Shown: positions 14,420-27,201 of the stretch, piece by piece | How positions within the stretch are numbered: position 1 is the stretch's first letter | Layout of the letters: every line of letters starts with the position of its first letter | Source of the DNA: Antedon mediterranea | Taxonomy: Eukaryota > Animalia > Echinodermata | Assembly (NCBI RefSeq): GCF_964355755.1 | Contig: NC_092679.1 | Location: forward strand, 21,063,432-21,127,431 | Length of the DNA stretch: 64,000 nucleotides | Reading direction: 5' to 3' | Program-made: the position numbers and the translations under genes | Notes under the pieces: generated by a model | The model's database searches: none | The model's input: only the letters and a program-made list of their open reading frames with translations | Told to the model about the DNA's origin: nothing

Positions 14420-17400
14420 TTAAATGTTGATGACTAGTCCCTCTGCAGCGTCTAGTTTGATTTTATTCAATTGAACAGTGTTACCGTTTCTGTTCATGTG
14501 GGTGCTCACAGCAACCACGCCCTCAATGGGTATGGCTTTATTCAGTTCGTGAAGATCGGTAACTGTTGGAGCCGTGCCGAAGTTGACGATCGTCAGATAT
14601 TCGTTACTGTCGTCATCTGGTTCCCGAGTGAATGCGACCACGTTTACGGTGCTGTGTAGAATCGTGAACTCTCGGAAATTATCGCTTTGGAACGCTCGGT
14701 TGTCCGAACGCAGTTTTGTAAGCGCCTTGAACATACTTAACATAGAGGTATCGGATTTTTCTTGAGCCTGTTTAAAAAAAGAAATACATTTTATCAATCT
14801 ATATATATATCTTTATATAACAGGAAATTGTACAGTATGGGTTTTTTTTGAAGAAAATAATGAGTTGTGTTGTGAATTTATATATAGAATTGTATTTTAT
14901 ATGTATATTTTTTATTATCTCTGCAGTGTATATGAAAAGAAATATTTTTTTATATTGGACCAAATAAAGAATAATAATGATCTATACCTTATAGGCGGCC
15001 TAATTCAAATAAATAAGAACAACAATAAACACATTAGTTTGTGACCATGAATACAAACACTGAAATTTAACAAACCTGTACGTTTATTTCATCGTGGTTG
15101 TCATTAATGTGTATCCATGTTTTGTTGTAGGAAAATCCAGTAAACATTGTACCATCCCATTGCATAGGTGATAATTCATACTCTCTTGTTTTCATCGCAG
15201 CATTCGCCTGAAAAAGTAACAAAAAAAAGGTCAACAAAAAAATGTGAGTATAACTCTTTTTTTCTCTCTTTTGGGGGGGGGGGGGGTCACCCACATTTAT
15301 TTATTCAGAATCAGAATCACAATAATGTTATTAATCTCCTAAGGAGAAATTCATTTGCTCAAGAGTTAAAAAAAATTAAAATATGTATAGGCCTATATAA
15401 ATATAAAAATATCAATATCAGAAGCTTCACATAGAAATGATTCTATTGACAACGGTATTATAAAAACACATATATACTACGGTGTATATATATACATTTC
15501 TGTACAAATATAAAAACAGTATAATAAGAGTATAACACTATAACTGAATCACCCAGTGATAAACTGGAAATTAATGAATGTATTTATAGGATGGCTTAAG
15601 ATAGGGAAATTTAAATAAATGAGAAAGCCGCTATAACCGAGATTCGAACCCGAAATCTTCGTTAAGTATGGATAACATTACACCACTAGAACTCCCATGG
15701 TGTTGTTTATTTATGTGTGTGTACAGGAAATAGGTATATTATATATATTGTGCACTTTGTGACAAAAGCAGCACTTGGCAGAAACCTTCGTTAGGACATA
15801 ACTAACAATTCTAGAAGGGGTGCCCAAAAATTCGTAAAGTTTAATGACGTCATTTTGACCACGCCCCTTTTAAATATATTATGTAGCTATGTGAAAATTA
15901 AAGCTTATGACATGTAAAGTACCACTAACATAAGACAAATATAATTTCACAATATAATAAGCCGAAATTCTGTATCGAGGTGAGCCAAAATCCGCAACAA
16001 AAGAAACACGAGGAAATGTTCTGAAACGTCAGAGTTTTATCCCGTTAAGTTATTTAATGTTGAACTCAAAATACAATAAACAAAATAAAAAGAGAGAAGA
16101 TATACTCGAGCTTATTAAGACGATATTAACGAAATGTTTGAAAAATAACTCCGTCTCCGGTTTAACATTTATTACTTTCTAAATCACGCATTGCAATTGA
16201 AAAACACGCCACATAGCAATAGTTTCAAATCAGTAAGAAATGAAATATAGACGGTAAAATTAAAATAGCAAAAGGTGAGTTTCAAGGACAAATAGTGGTG
16301 AGCGAGTTCTGTTAACCAACTATAATGCATGGACAAGTTTTATTGTAGGCGAGTCGGTTCCCACTTGTGATTACGCAATACAGCACTTTGCGTCAATACG
16401 TTGCTGCGTTGTGACCCTAGTGGGAACCAAGCTTTATTGTACAGATATCGGAAAGACTGATAGACCAAATAATTTTTCTAACTAAATCTTTGTTTCCACT
16501 AGGACGCAACGTAAGGACGTGGACGCAACGCAAGCGTTTTAACCAAATGACAAGCGAAGGTATAGACAGTTAGCAATCACAAGCGAATAAGCCGGCCATC
16601 GCTTGTGATTGGTCAATTCACTTGCGTTGCGTTACGTCCTTGTGTTGCGTCGCTAGTGGGAACCACGCTTTACGTTGCGTTACGTCGTTGTGTTGCGTCT
16701 CTAGGTGGGAACCACGCATTAGAGTTATTGTTTGTATCACTCTTTAAAAGAGTGACTATTCCCTCAAAAGAGTAAATGGTTCACTCTTTAACAGAGTACA
16801 AATTACTTACAGGGTCATCAATTGCCAATATATCTTGATATTCATAAGATAAATCCAACTCTATATCCTCCATACCAATTTCGTCTCCATAGTAACAGAT
16901 AGGCGTGCCGGGTAGAGTAAGCAGGAGCATGTTTATGGGACGCCCATATCGGTCTCCGTTTACCGTCTCCCCAAAACGGCTCGCCATACGTCTGGTCTCA
17001 AAATTACCAAACTATTAAAACGGAAAGTTAATGTTTATATTAAATAAATGCGAATAAACAATATCTTTATTAAAAATCTACTTATAGCGAAATATGATAT
17101 CAAACAAAGCAAAACTATTTTACAGACATTTTTTGTTTTAAACATCCAAATATATTTAATCCTCTGATTATAAGCATGGCTTTGGTAAGTTGTTTTTTTA
17201 AAATTCTAATTATCTGTTTTTATTTTTTATATAATTGAATTATGTTACCTGGAAATTTGGCCATTTACCACTCGGCAATTCACTGATTGCTTCGCTTATT
17301 ATGTCCGCAATATGTAGTCCAGTTACATCACTGCCCATTTGACCACTAAGCCGGGCTAGATTGAAGTTCTGTGGAATATCAGCCTTGTTTTCGCCGCTTT

Positions 17401-20400
17401 TTCCATAGTACTGCATGACATAGGACATGTTGCTGTCGGAATCGGTCATCAAGACCCTAAAAATATTTGATAAATTAATGAAAAATTATTTTTGTTCAAA
17501 ATAACAGAGCAAAACATGTAGGGCTAACGCGAATTGATTAAAAATTAAAGTTATCGTCACCTGTATCCACCTGCCGTAGAATAATCATCAAATATGCCGG
17601 TTCTCCAATCTTCCAACAAGTCTTGGGTCAACGTGTTTTCTGATGTATAATAGTGTTTTAGGCTGTCGTATTGTTCCTAAAAGAAAATATCGGGTATTGT
17701 ACACATTTGAATTTTGTTTTGGCCTCATCGTATATTAAGCCTAGTACTCTGGCAAAAGTGTCAAACACGAACTAGCATCGGTGAGTGCGACAGGACGGTA
17801 TCGTACTTGTCCGGCACCGTACTTGTCCGGCACCTTATACGTGACTCGATTCGATAATTCACTCAGTGGTGGCCGGTAAGTGGCTTTTGGGATCGGAAAG
17901 TGAGTAGATTTAGCCTAGTCTGGAAAGTACCTACCGATAACAGTACTGTACTGGGTACTGTATATTCTCGGCTAATAATAATAATTGTGGTACTATACAA
18001 TTCATTATCATTAATACTAAACAATTAGAACTAGACTCACAAGGGATCCGTTGTAAATCATGTCATTAAAACTTGGGTTCACTGGCTCATCCTGGTCGAG
18101 TTTTGACGTTTCATACAAAAATTGGATCCCGTGCATGTTCATCCCATCAACGCCTTTCTCAAGCCAAAACTCCAGTATATCCTAAAAATAAACAAACAAT
18201 AGGCCTATGTTAATAACTAATTTGATAGTGTTGACATTCCTTTATAATGGATATTCACAATTGCAGTCACTTATTTGCGACTTTTTCGTTCGGAGAATTG
18301 TTTAATAAAGTTATGAAAATAATGATTATTATTTATATACATGATGAATGCGCTTAGTTTCTAAACGTATCCCATCTAAAGAAGTCTTATTATGATATCC
18401 GATTTTGCAACACATTCTCAGTAATTATTTCCTCTTAAGTCAGCCATGTGTGCGATTACTTTCCCGGGGGTAATGCAATGCTATATGGATTTCTTCAAAC
18501 AGTTTTTCCGCCATGCGAGTTGTGTTATGAAATGTCTTAGTATCAGTATCAGTATCAGTGATTGTGATCGATTATAGATAGTTTTAACGGCAAAATGTGT
18601 TTAAAATGATGGAAAAATCTACAAAAAAATACAGATATGTATGCTAAGAACACCGACAATTGAATGACAATGACCATTTCAAATGTATCAATTTTATACA
18701 GTTACCAAATATAATCTTTCTCGAACATCTTCATTGATTTCACATTTATAACTTAATTTATTTTATAAAATCATTTTTTTTAATACTGGGCTGATTTACT
18801 ATTTAATTGTGAATTTCCGGAAATGTGTTTTGTTTAACTTGAACATTTTGTGATCTATATTCCAGTGACAGTTGATCACTAATCCAAGACTGCTCGCATT
18901 ACGAATGTCAGTTTGCATAACTTTCTACCAAAGTTAATGTTGCACGATCGAGGCATTTAGACGCGAACACACTCTGACGAAGGCTTACGCAGCCGGATTA
19001 TACGGGTTTTTGGCTACCAGCGACCTAGAGATGCAACGGGATACACATGTGGCCGCGACATGTGTTGGACGCGGTAGTACCAGGTGGCCAGCTCTGCATT
19101 TTTATTCATAACCGCCACCTGTGAAATGCTTAAACCCAATCAAGTAAATCAGGTCACGGAATTAACAGGGTCATAACAATAACATTCGTAAAGCGGTTCG
19201 GACGTGCGAAATTGAGTCATGCATAGCTTTTGCACATCGTGTAATTAACTCAATTGGTTGCTCAAACTGGTTGAACCTAAGGACTAATGCTATCCTGCGT
19301 ATTTCTATCATTATCACCTTTTGGCGCGTGATGCCGAAGAACGGCCCGATTCGGCAAACAATCACTCTACGTTGCATCACAACGACTAATCGAAACGCAC
19401 ATAAAACGCGACCATATGCATTTGACCTGACCCAGTAACATAACAAACATGATGTTTATTGAACAATTAGGCTACACGGAGCACTTAATGTTCTTGCGGG
19501 ATCATCTTCATTTAGAATTGAATTGTTTTAATCATCACTTCGAATGGAAATACAGATATCTAAAAAACGACAGCCGGATATTTAAGCGATATTGAAAGTG
19601 ACAAGTTTTGGCTTGCGTAATACACAGTAGAGGGCGCGATGTTGGATATGAAGATACTTTATTTCTCATAATGCTTATATTTTGGTCAGAAACTCGGTAC
19701 TGTTTTTCACATTTATGCCATTTCAGTAACACTTTTTTTACTAGGCATACCGCTTTGTAGAACGTTCTTCTTTGGGAGCATTACTACTGTTGTTAGTTAG
19801 GTATAACAGTTAAGCCTAATAGCATAGGCGAAACAGGTAGGCCTACTATCTGCCGATTGGATACATAATACACATGATTTACGTATATAAAATGTAACAC
19901 ATTACTAAACAAAAAGATGCCGGAGATAACAGTGGCTAGATTTCAAAATAGAAAATCAAAATGTAAAAATCTAAATGTTGTGTAGGCATGTAAAAAAAAC
20001 AAAATATTCATATGATAGAAATAATAAAAACAAAACATTTATAATTTAGCACAGAGAGAATCTAGGCCTTTTAGTAATTAGTTGAAGGTTTAGGCTGGCT
20101 AGAGGCTAATCCGGAAGGCATCGAAAAACCACGACGTACACAACCTGTCGAAAACCAAGCAAAATGTCTTGATTTTCTTGTCCCCAGGCTTTAACAGTAA
20201 TTTGAAAAAGTAAAAGTTGATTTATGCTGTGTTCCAAGTTTTCCGAATTAACACAAACTTGAAGAAAGAAAAGTATTTATAGTTATACTATAAAAAGAAA
20301 TACATCTCAATCACCCGACCCACAGAGGGAGCTGAGTAAGTCTCTCCGCTCGAGTTCGTAATCGCCAATTGTCGAAATACTAACCTTCATCTTTTCCTTC

Positions 20401-23400
20401 AGGCCGTCGTTTCTCCAATTAAAGTCAGGTTGACATGATGACATTTGGTGAAGGTAACTTTTACGGTTGGATTCTGATTTTGTCCAGGCTGGCCCTCCAT
20501 GCGTACTGATCTATAACAAAAGAATTGAAAAAGGTCACACGTTTTTCATCCATAAAAAAACATATTTTACCATCCTGATATAAATATAATAATGATATAA
20601 TAAATAACAAATGTAATGAAAGATAATAATTCCGAATTTCAAAACCAAATTTGTTGGTACATGTACAGCGACATTTATTTATTTATTTATTTTCAATCTT
20701 TCTACATAGCAAAAAAACAAACATATAAGTATAACAGGGGAGTAGCGGAAAAGCAAAAGTATAAAACTGTCATCTTGTGATGTGCTTGACCAGCCCCTGT
20801 CAACTTGAACGATACAATAAAACCGACATTTAGGCCTAACAAATTTAGAAAAAAACATAGAAAAATAAGGTATAATAAAATGTTAACAAAAGTGTTATAA
20901 AAATGCAATTGCTATCTGAACAATCTGATTGTGTAAAAGTTAAAAATTCTGATTGTATACAAGTTAAAAATTCTGATTGAATAAAAGTTAAAAATTATGA
21001 ATGTATAAAAGTTAGGCCTATGGTGTATTATTTTGAGTGTATTGTGTAAATTAATTAATTAAAAAGTTGTTAATTAACGTTTAATATTCAGGACTTTTTC
21101 AGCAACAAATAACTTCACTGACTCCATCATTAAAAAAATGCGAATACCTAATAAATAAACCAAGAAATGTATGTTTTTCCAGGACCATTTTAAAATTAAA
21201 ATTTGTTTTAATATTACGAACCTATACTTCCCTTTAAAAGGAATCACTAAAATACTGTATAAAGTAGTCTAATTTGTTAGTTAAAAATGAAAATACCAGT
21301 TAGAAAAAACACATCATCCGTATCTAATTTAAAATCCAGAATGTACGTTGTTGTTGTTCTAAAAACACCCGTTTAATGAGAATTTAAAAAAATCAAAACA
21401 AACAATAAAATTTGTGCATTGGTAATCCGTAACCCATTACAGACTATTGCAGATAATCCACAACATGCACATTCTGTTGCGGTGACACATATACAAATAA
21501 CCTTCAAAAAATCAGTCTATTTCCACGATATGAAGACGACGTAATTAACTACATAGATATGGATTAGTCTCGACGTATTTTCAATGTGATAATTTAGTGA
21601 AGAAATTATTGGTTACGCCCTCTAGAGTTTATTAAAAGTTTGATAGTTTCCATCAATTAAACGGTAAAAGTGTATTTCTTTTTGGTGTTTTTTTTTCTTC
21701 TCATTAACGTAATTTCAATGGAATAATAAATTGTCTATACTAATTATTAGCGGAAAGAATTGTAACTTTACGCCCTCTAGAGTTAACTAAAAGAATACTT
21801 GTTTGTTTCTTTATTTCCATTCACAACAAAAATAATAAACATACATAAATATTCATTACCAAACAAAAGAATGGAAAGGGGGAATCTCTGAAGCACAGCT
21901 TATAAGTAGAAACCCCCTGTTACACTTACACCCCCTGTTTTCCTTTAAGAGCTCTACGCCCTCTAGAGTTGACTAAAAGTTTAAGAGTTTCAATTGTTAT
22001 TTTGGTCAGTGGCTTCCCAGCACCGAAGTTCAATTTTATAAAGCGTTTAACAAAACTGAAAAACATATGATATGGAATACAATTTAAAACTAAAAAAACT
22101 AAATATTTCTTAATTTATTTTCTCCCGATGAATATTTGGGAAAACATAATAAATACACAAACAGACAACTGCCAGAAAACTGCAGAAGAGAAATGTTGAT
22201 GACGTTGCAAAATATGCACAGAATACGTACCCAGTTATTTGGTGGCGTAGACGTGTCAGACCAGACGTAGTAGTTGTTGTATTCATTGCCGTTACCACCA
22301 GACGTATCTTTGCTACTTTTGTTGAACCATTCGTGTTCATCACTCGATTGGTTAGGCACAAAGTCCAGAATAACCGAAATACCTTAGAAAATTTCAAATT
22401 AAAGGCTTAATTTCTATAAGAGAAAATACACCACGATGATCAAAGCAGATGTTCGAAACTAAAACTAGACGCAGATTATTTTTGTTATAATCAACGTTTT
22501 ACCTTTTCCATGAAGTGCATTAACCAGGTCTTCGAAGTCATCAAGTGTTCCTAATCTGGAGTCGATGCCTTTGAAGTCTGTGACATCATAACCAAACGCT
22601 TTACCGCCTGATGCAAATACAGACGTCAACCAGACAGCGCCAATTCCAAGAGATTCCAGATAATCCGCGCGATCGGTAATGCCTAAATAGAACAAAAATG
22701 TAAATCCATAACGGTCGTTTTTTTCGCATGGTTTGTCAGTATCATAATGCTCATTTATGTTGTAGGCCGCCCTAAAGGCTGTGAAATTGCTATCGCCGCG
22801 CCCATGTTCACTCAAAATACGATTGTATTTGTTATATGTTGCAAAGGCTCCTCGAGACTGTGCCTTGTGAGGAGCCTGTGAGTGAAACATTAAATACAAA
22901 AAAAATTAAAAAGGCATATGATTATTACTGAGAACTCGTATACATTGACACGCTGGCCGGCCCGGTATTTACTACAGTAGAACTGCTCCCACAGTTTGGG
23001 ACACCCTAGTCATGGACACCTATTTGGGGGACACTTTTTTGGGTCCTGAAGATTCTACTATAGTTACGTTGTTCATTGTTCTAAATCTAAGTTTATTTTT
23101 CATACCTTTCAGATCACCGAAACCATCGTTGTTTGTGTCTTTGTAAGAGAGCGGGAAAATCTGATAAATGACAGTCGTCTGCCACCAAGGAAGGCACTTG
23201 GGCGTGACAACGATGATTGAAATAGCTGCGGCGAGGATGGCGCACCAGCCAATGAACAGAATGATGAGCAATGTCCAACGGGCCGTCCTCCATTTATGAG
23301 ACTGAGAGTATTTCAACAACTCCTCTTTAGTCATTGCTAGAAGATTATAACAAGAATAACGGTTAGTGTTACACAATTAATTATACATATGAGCAGTATT

Positions 23401-25785
23401 GCGCCGTATAAGTACATAATGTTTCTCACAATTATTATTGGTATGTACGTATCCCGTTATGTGTCGTGCAATTGTTGTTTTTTAAATTATTTGTCTGTAT
23501 TCATGCATTTCCTTTATTTGAAACCCCAAGTTATATAGGCCAAAATAGGGCCTATAAAAGTGAACAAATAAACTTTTAAATATTATAAAAACTATTTTTT
23601 GGATCAATAGATAATATAAAGAACTTCAATATGTTATGTTTTATATACACGGTCTGGTTTGAGAATATTTGAGGGCGTGCATTTTCGCTATTAGCTTCCG
23701 AGTATTGTCTTTGGTTGAAAGTTTTGAACGAAGAAAGAGGGCGGTGTTAGGTTTAAACACACAAACTGGCATGTTTTGTGAAATTTGAATACTGTATACT
23801 AATTTCACTGACAGAATAAGGCAACCCGACCTTCACTTATTTTTAAGGGTTAAAGACATTATGTATTACTTTATTCTTGTGAAATGGTGCGTTGTCTATG
23901 ACACCCGCTTTATTTCAATCTGACCTATGTCATTGATACCTGCTACAGATTGAATACAAACATCTTACAGTTGTTTTCAAGTGTTCTTTACCCAACAATA
24001 AGTGTTTACTCTGGCCACTAAAAATGACTGTACTACTGTCTGTCACGATAAGTAAGCCTGTGTCAATATAAAACACGCCTCTGTATACTTTTAGTGTCCT
24101 GAATTTGACCCTACCTCTTGAGTGAAGAATAAAACAGAAGCACCGTTTATGAACAACCAAATATTTGATTTTGAAAACGACCTGTTGTTGAAGTATTAAA
24201 CAATTCTTGATATAAAAGAAGATCAAATGACCTCTGACATGAACAAACTTTAACAAGCAGCTAGCTCTGGGATGATATAGAAGTTTAGAAACGGGTTTGA
24301 AGGGAAACAAAGTAAGCTTTCGGCGTATTTTTTGCTAAAAGTTGTTAACATTCATTAATATGTGTTTGCATGGAATCAAAATCAGACAAACTCTTAATTA
24401 AAGTAAACTGCGTGACTAATTTCTGCATTAAAATAATGTAATCGAGTCATTTATACTCAACAAGCGAAACTCTGAGATATATAATTAATATGGTAATGAC
24501 TTTTGGTATCGAGTTTCCTAACTCCGCAAACTTGAATATGCAAGAACTTTGATATAAAAATACTCACTTAGGCCTAACTTATTTTCATTCCCTCTTATGC
24601 AACCATGGACAAATTACTCTTTAGTTTCTTTTCTAAAGCGAATACGAATATTTAGTGTTTGTTGGTTTTTGAAAATGTATCTCTATATCCATATGTTTCC
24701 ATGGTTGCATAAGAGGGAATGAACATAAGGTAAGTTCTTGCTTATTCAAGTTTGTGGAGTTAGGAAACTACCAAAAGCCGTTTTGGTCATCAATAATTTA
24801 ATCATATTCCATCGGCAATAATTAACAATTCTTAACTTATAGATAGACCTTAATTGTTATAATCTCAATCTCCAATCATTATTCATTATCCTCCCCCTTC
24901 TTCGTCATTAAATCTAGCCTTATCCTCATTTATCATTTTTTGTTTCTGTTTTATCTCATGATAAATTTATCTTTATTATCAATCACCATAATTAGTGTAC
25001 TATACTAATGTTTACAAAAGTGCCAGAGCATCAAAATGAATTTATTAGGGCGTTCTCTGTTTTATCAGAGATAGTGTAGATAAACGGTCCATGGTACGAT
25101 ACAGCTTCGCCCATTCTGGTTAATGTTTAACCTACTAGTACTACGATATTTTATACGATGATCCCAGAAACAGTTCTTATTTAATTTTACCATTTATTTC
25201 AATTAATGTATGCTGTTTTTATTTCTTGAACTGTTTCTAAATAAATGTTGTTGTTGATTGTATAGATACGTATAATTGTTGATTGGTTTAAGGCGTCATA
25301 TCACTGGAATTCGTTTTCTTAAATATTATAACAAATATGCCTACAAATTATTCTAGACCTAATATAGTATTACCATATTACAGATGAACGTACAGTATTT
25401 GGTGATTGCTTATATATAGAGAAGCTTTATTTTCGAGAAAGAGAGAATAAGGGTTTATTTTCAAGGCCTAGCTTTTCCAAATCATTCTGTTAAATGAAGC
25501 TGTGATGAACCAGACTCACAGACTTCGACTTAGGATACCGTAAATTATTAATTAAATGCATAGAAACGTGCTTAGCAAGATTAATTTAATTATTACACGG
25601 TCATGTATTCAATAATAATTAGTAAAAAGATGAAGGTATTTACCTTTGCCCTTCTCTTCATTTTCATCAACACTCATATGAAAATAAACATCTTTTTCAT
25701 CGCTGTCTACAACTTTCTCCACTTTGCTTGGTTCCCCGAGATCTACTTCTTCGTAGTCGGGCTTCTCAAAACCTGCATTTTCCAT
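14420..25785 (-). CDS. SLC3A1: SLC3 heavy chain gene A, rBAT/SLC3A1-like (type II membrane protein with non-catalytic GH13 ectodomain), 11 coding exons, 658 aa
   Basis: Exons (minus): 25644-25785, 23106-23336, 22503-22682, 22231-22382, 20385-20510, 18041-18181, 17561-17676, 17249-17456, 16811-17011, 15076-15207, 14420-14767. All introns are GT-AG, phases are consistent and the total is 1977 nt. TM helix followed by [34 protein letters not shown] resembles rBAT SPKCLDWW...YQIYPRSFKD. GH13 motifs: [61 protein letters not shown]. Confidence 0.9.
16350..16720. mobile_element. Cluster of MITE family 2 copies/fragments in intron 9 of gene A
   Basis: Three CTAG(G)TGGGAACCA ends. The internal palindrome CAAGCG...CGCTTGTGATTGG matches the copy at 45396-45550. 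Confidence 0.75.
20924..21014 (+). repeat. 24-bp minisatellite, ~3.7 copies
   Basis: Unit TCTGATTGTATAAAAGTTAAAAAT with a few variants. Confidence 0.85.
24500..24777. repeat. Long imperfect inverted repeat (foldback/MITE-like) in intron 1 of gene A
   Basis: GTTTCCTAACTCCGCAAACTTGAAT...TTCATTCCCTCTTATGCAACCATGGA pairs with TCCATGGTTGCATAAGAGGGAATGAA...ATTCAAGTTTGTGGAGTTAGGAAAC. Confidence 0.8.
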
Positions 25786-27201
25786 AGTAAACAAGTTAAC
25801 GACTTAACACCAACAAATAAGACGTTTATAGTGAGATGACTGACGTGTTTTTAATAATTTTGACTGCCGCCGGTATCAATGCGTTTGTCCCGGTCGTATT
25901 CTCTCCCACGAGTGAACTGGACCAGTGCAATCTCAAGCGTCATAAAGAGCAAATACATGTTTGATCAAAGTTCAAACTGTTTATTATAATAGTTTAGTAT
26001 TGTTATTCGCACGGTTAACCTGTAGAAAACAACAGTGTATTGTATTATGTCGTCGTTTGACTTAAGGTTTAAATTTCTTTAAGACAACCCGGCGTCATCA
26101 TCCATGGCACTGTCAACTTTAGTGGACGAGAGGTGTAACAATCCCGAGTTCAATGCCAAGTTATTCTGGTGATGAGACTTTCACTGCATATATTTAAGAA
26201 AGCAGTGCTCATTTGTTGTCCACACGTTATGTTTTTGGATAGTGGATGTGAAGTAAGAAAAAAGGATTAAGGCGCAATCCAAAATGTGGAAAGCGAGGTG
26301 TTGGGCGTGGTTGATACACACGAAATAAAATCCATATCAATGTTGTCTTCTCTTTATACTACCATGGAGGAAATAGGTATTTCTTCCATGATAGTATAGG
26401 GCCTACCGTATATCAGCAGTGTATTGATAGTTTAATCTTCCAAGTTCTCATGTGAAGGGTGATATGGCCTATTTATAATTTGGTAGTTTCTCTCTAAAAT
26501 TAAAAAATAGTGGTCTTCTATTGAGCCATCCACATTTTTGATTTCTTAATATCATGGATTAACAACTTCATAACGTATACTATCTCCATGCTTTATATTA
26601 AATACCAAACATGAACCACATATTTTTAGTGAGATAATTCTTATTTTTTTAGGCATATTGCTTCCATATTTTGTAAAACAAAAATAAAGTGATTTTACGT
26701 AGGCTGACATTTTCGCCTTATTAAAAAAAAAATTATCAATCTGCAACATGACCAGACGAGTAGAACAACAGTAAAAGTGTTAGTGTACATATTTGGGCTA
26801 TCAATGTGAGGGTACCAGTAAGCCTATAACTATCTCTGTCCAAGACATGCATGAACTGAATTCAACTTTTAGAGGGAAGTTTTACTAGGCCTAATCAAAT
26901 ATATAATGATATTATAAAACGTTGTATTTCAATAATAACACACCTCACCAAACTCAAGCCTAACAAAAGACAGTCATAATCTCCTGAGGCGTAGAATATG
27001 CAAACAAAAGGCTTCATTGAAGCAAGCAATTTTATTGTCACTATGTCTATTGAGACGCAAATTTACAATTATTGTTAGCGATTATAATGAAAAGTAAAAC
27101 CCAAGTACTCCTGGAGTCAAAATTACTATGTCATTATTGTGCTATATCGAAGCATTAACTTTGTTATAACAGTAGTAATTTTGGTGTCATCGGTAGCTAA
27201 A
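25786..27201. promoter_or_regulatory. Short divergent intergenic region between genes A and B (candidate bidirectional promoter)
   Basis: The ATGs are 1.4 kb apart, head-to-head. HNF4-like DR1 TGATCAAAGTTCA at 25962-25974, with an adjacent Fox-like AGCAAATACA. Confidence 0.5.

Noticed and set aside
15625-15695. tRNA gene (minus-strand GGTTCGAATC B-box)
   Set aside because: No complete cloverleaf or acceptor stem; most likely a degenerate SINE head.
21614-21982. Repeat-spacer pattern as CRISPR array
   Set aside because: Only three copies, spacers of 130-160 bp of unequal length, and a eukaryotic context.
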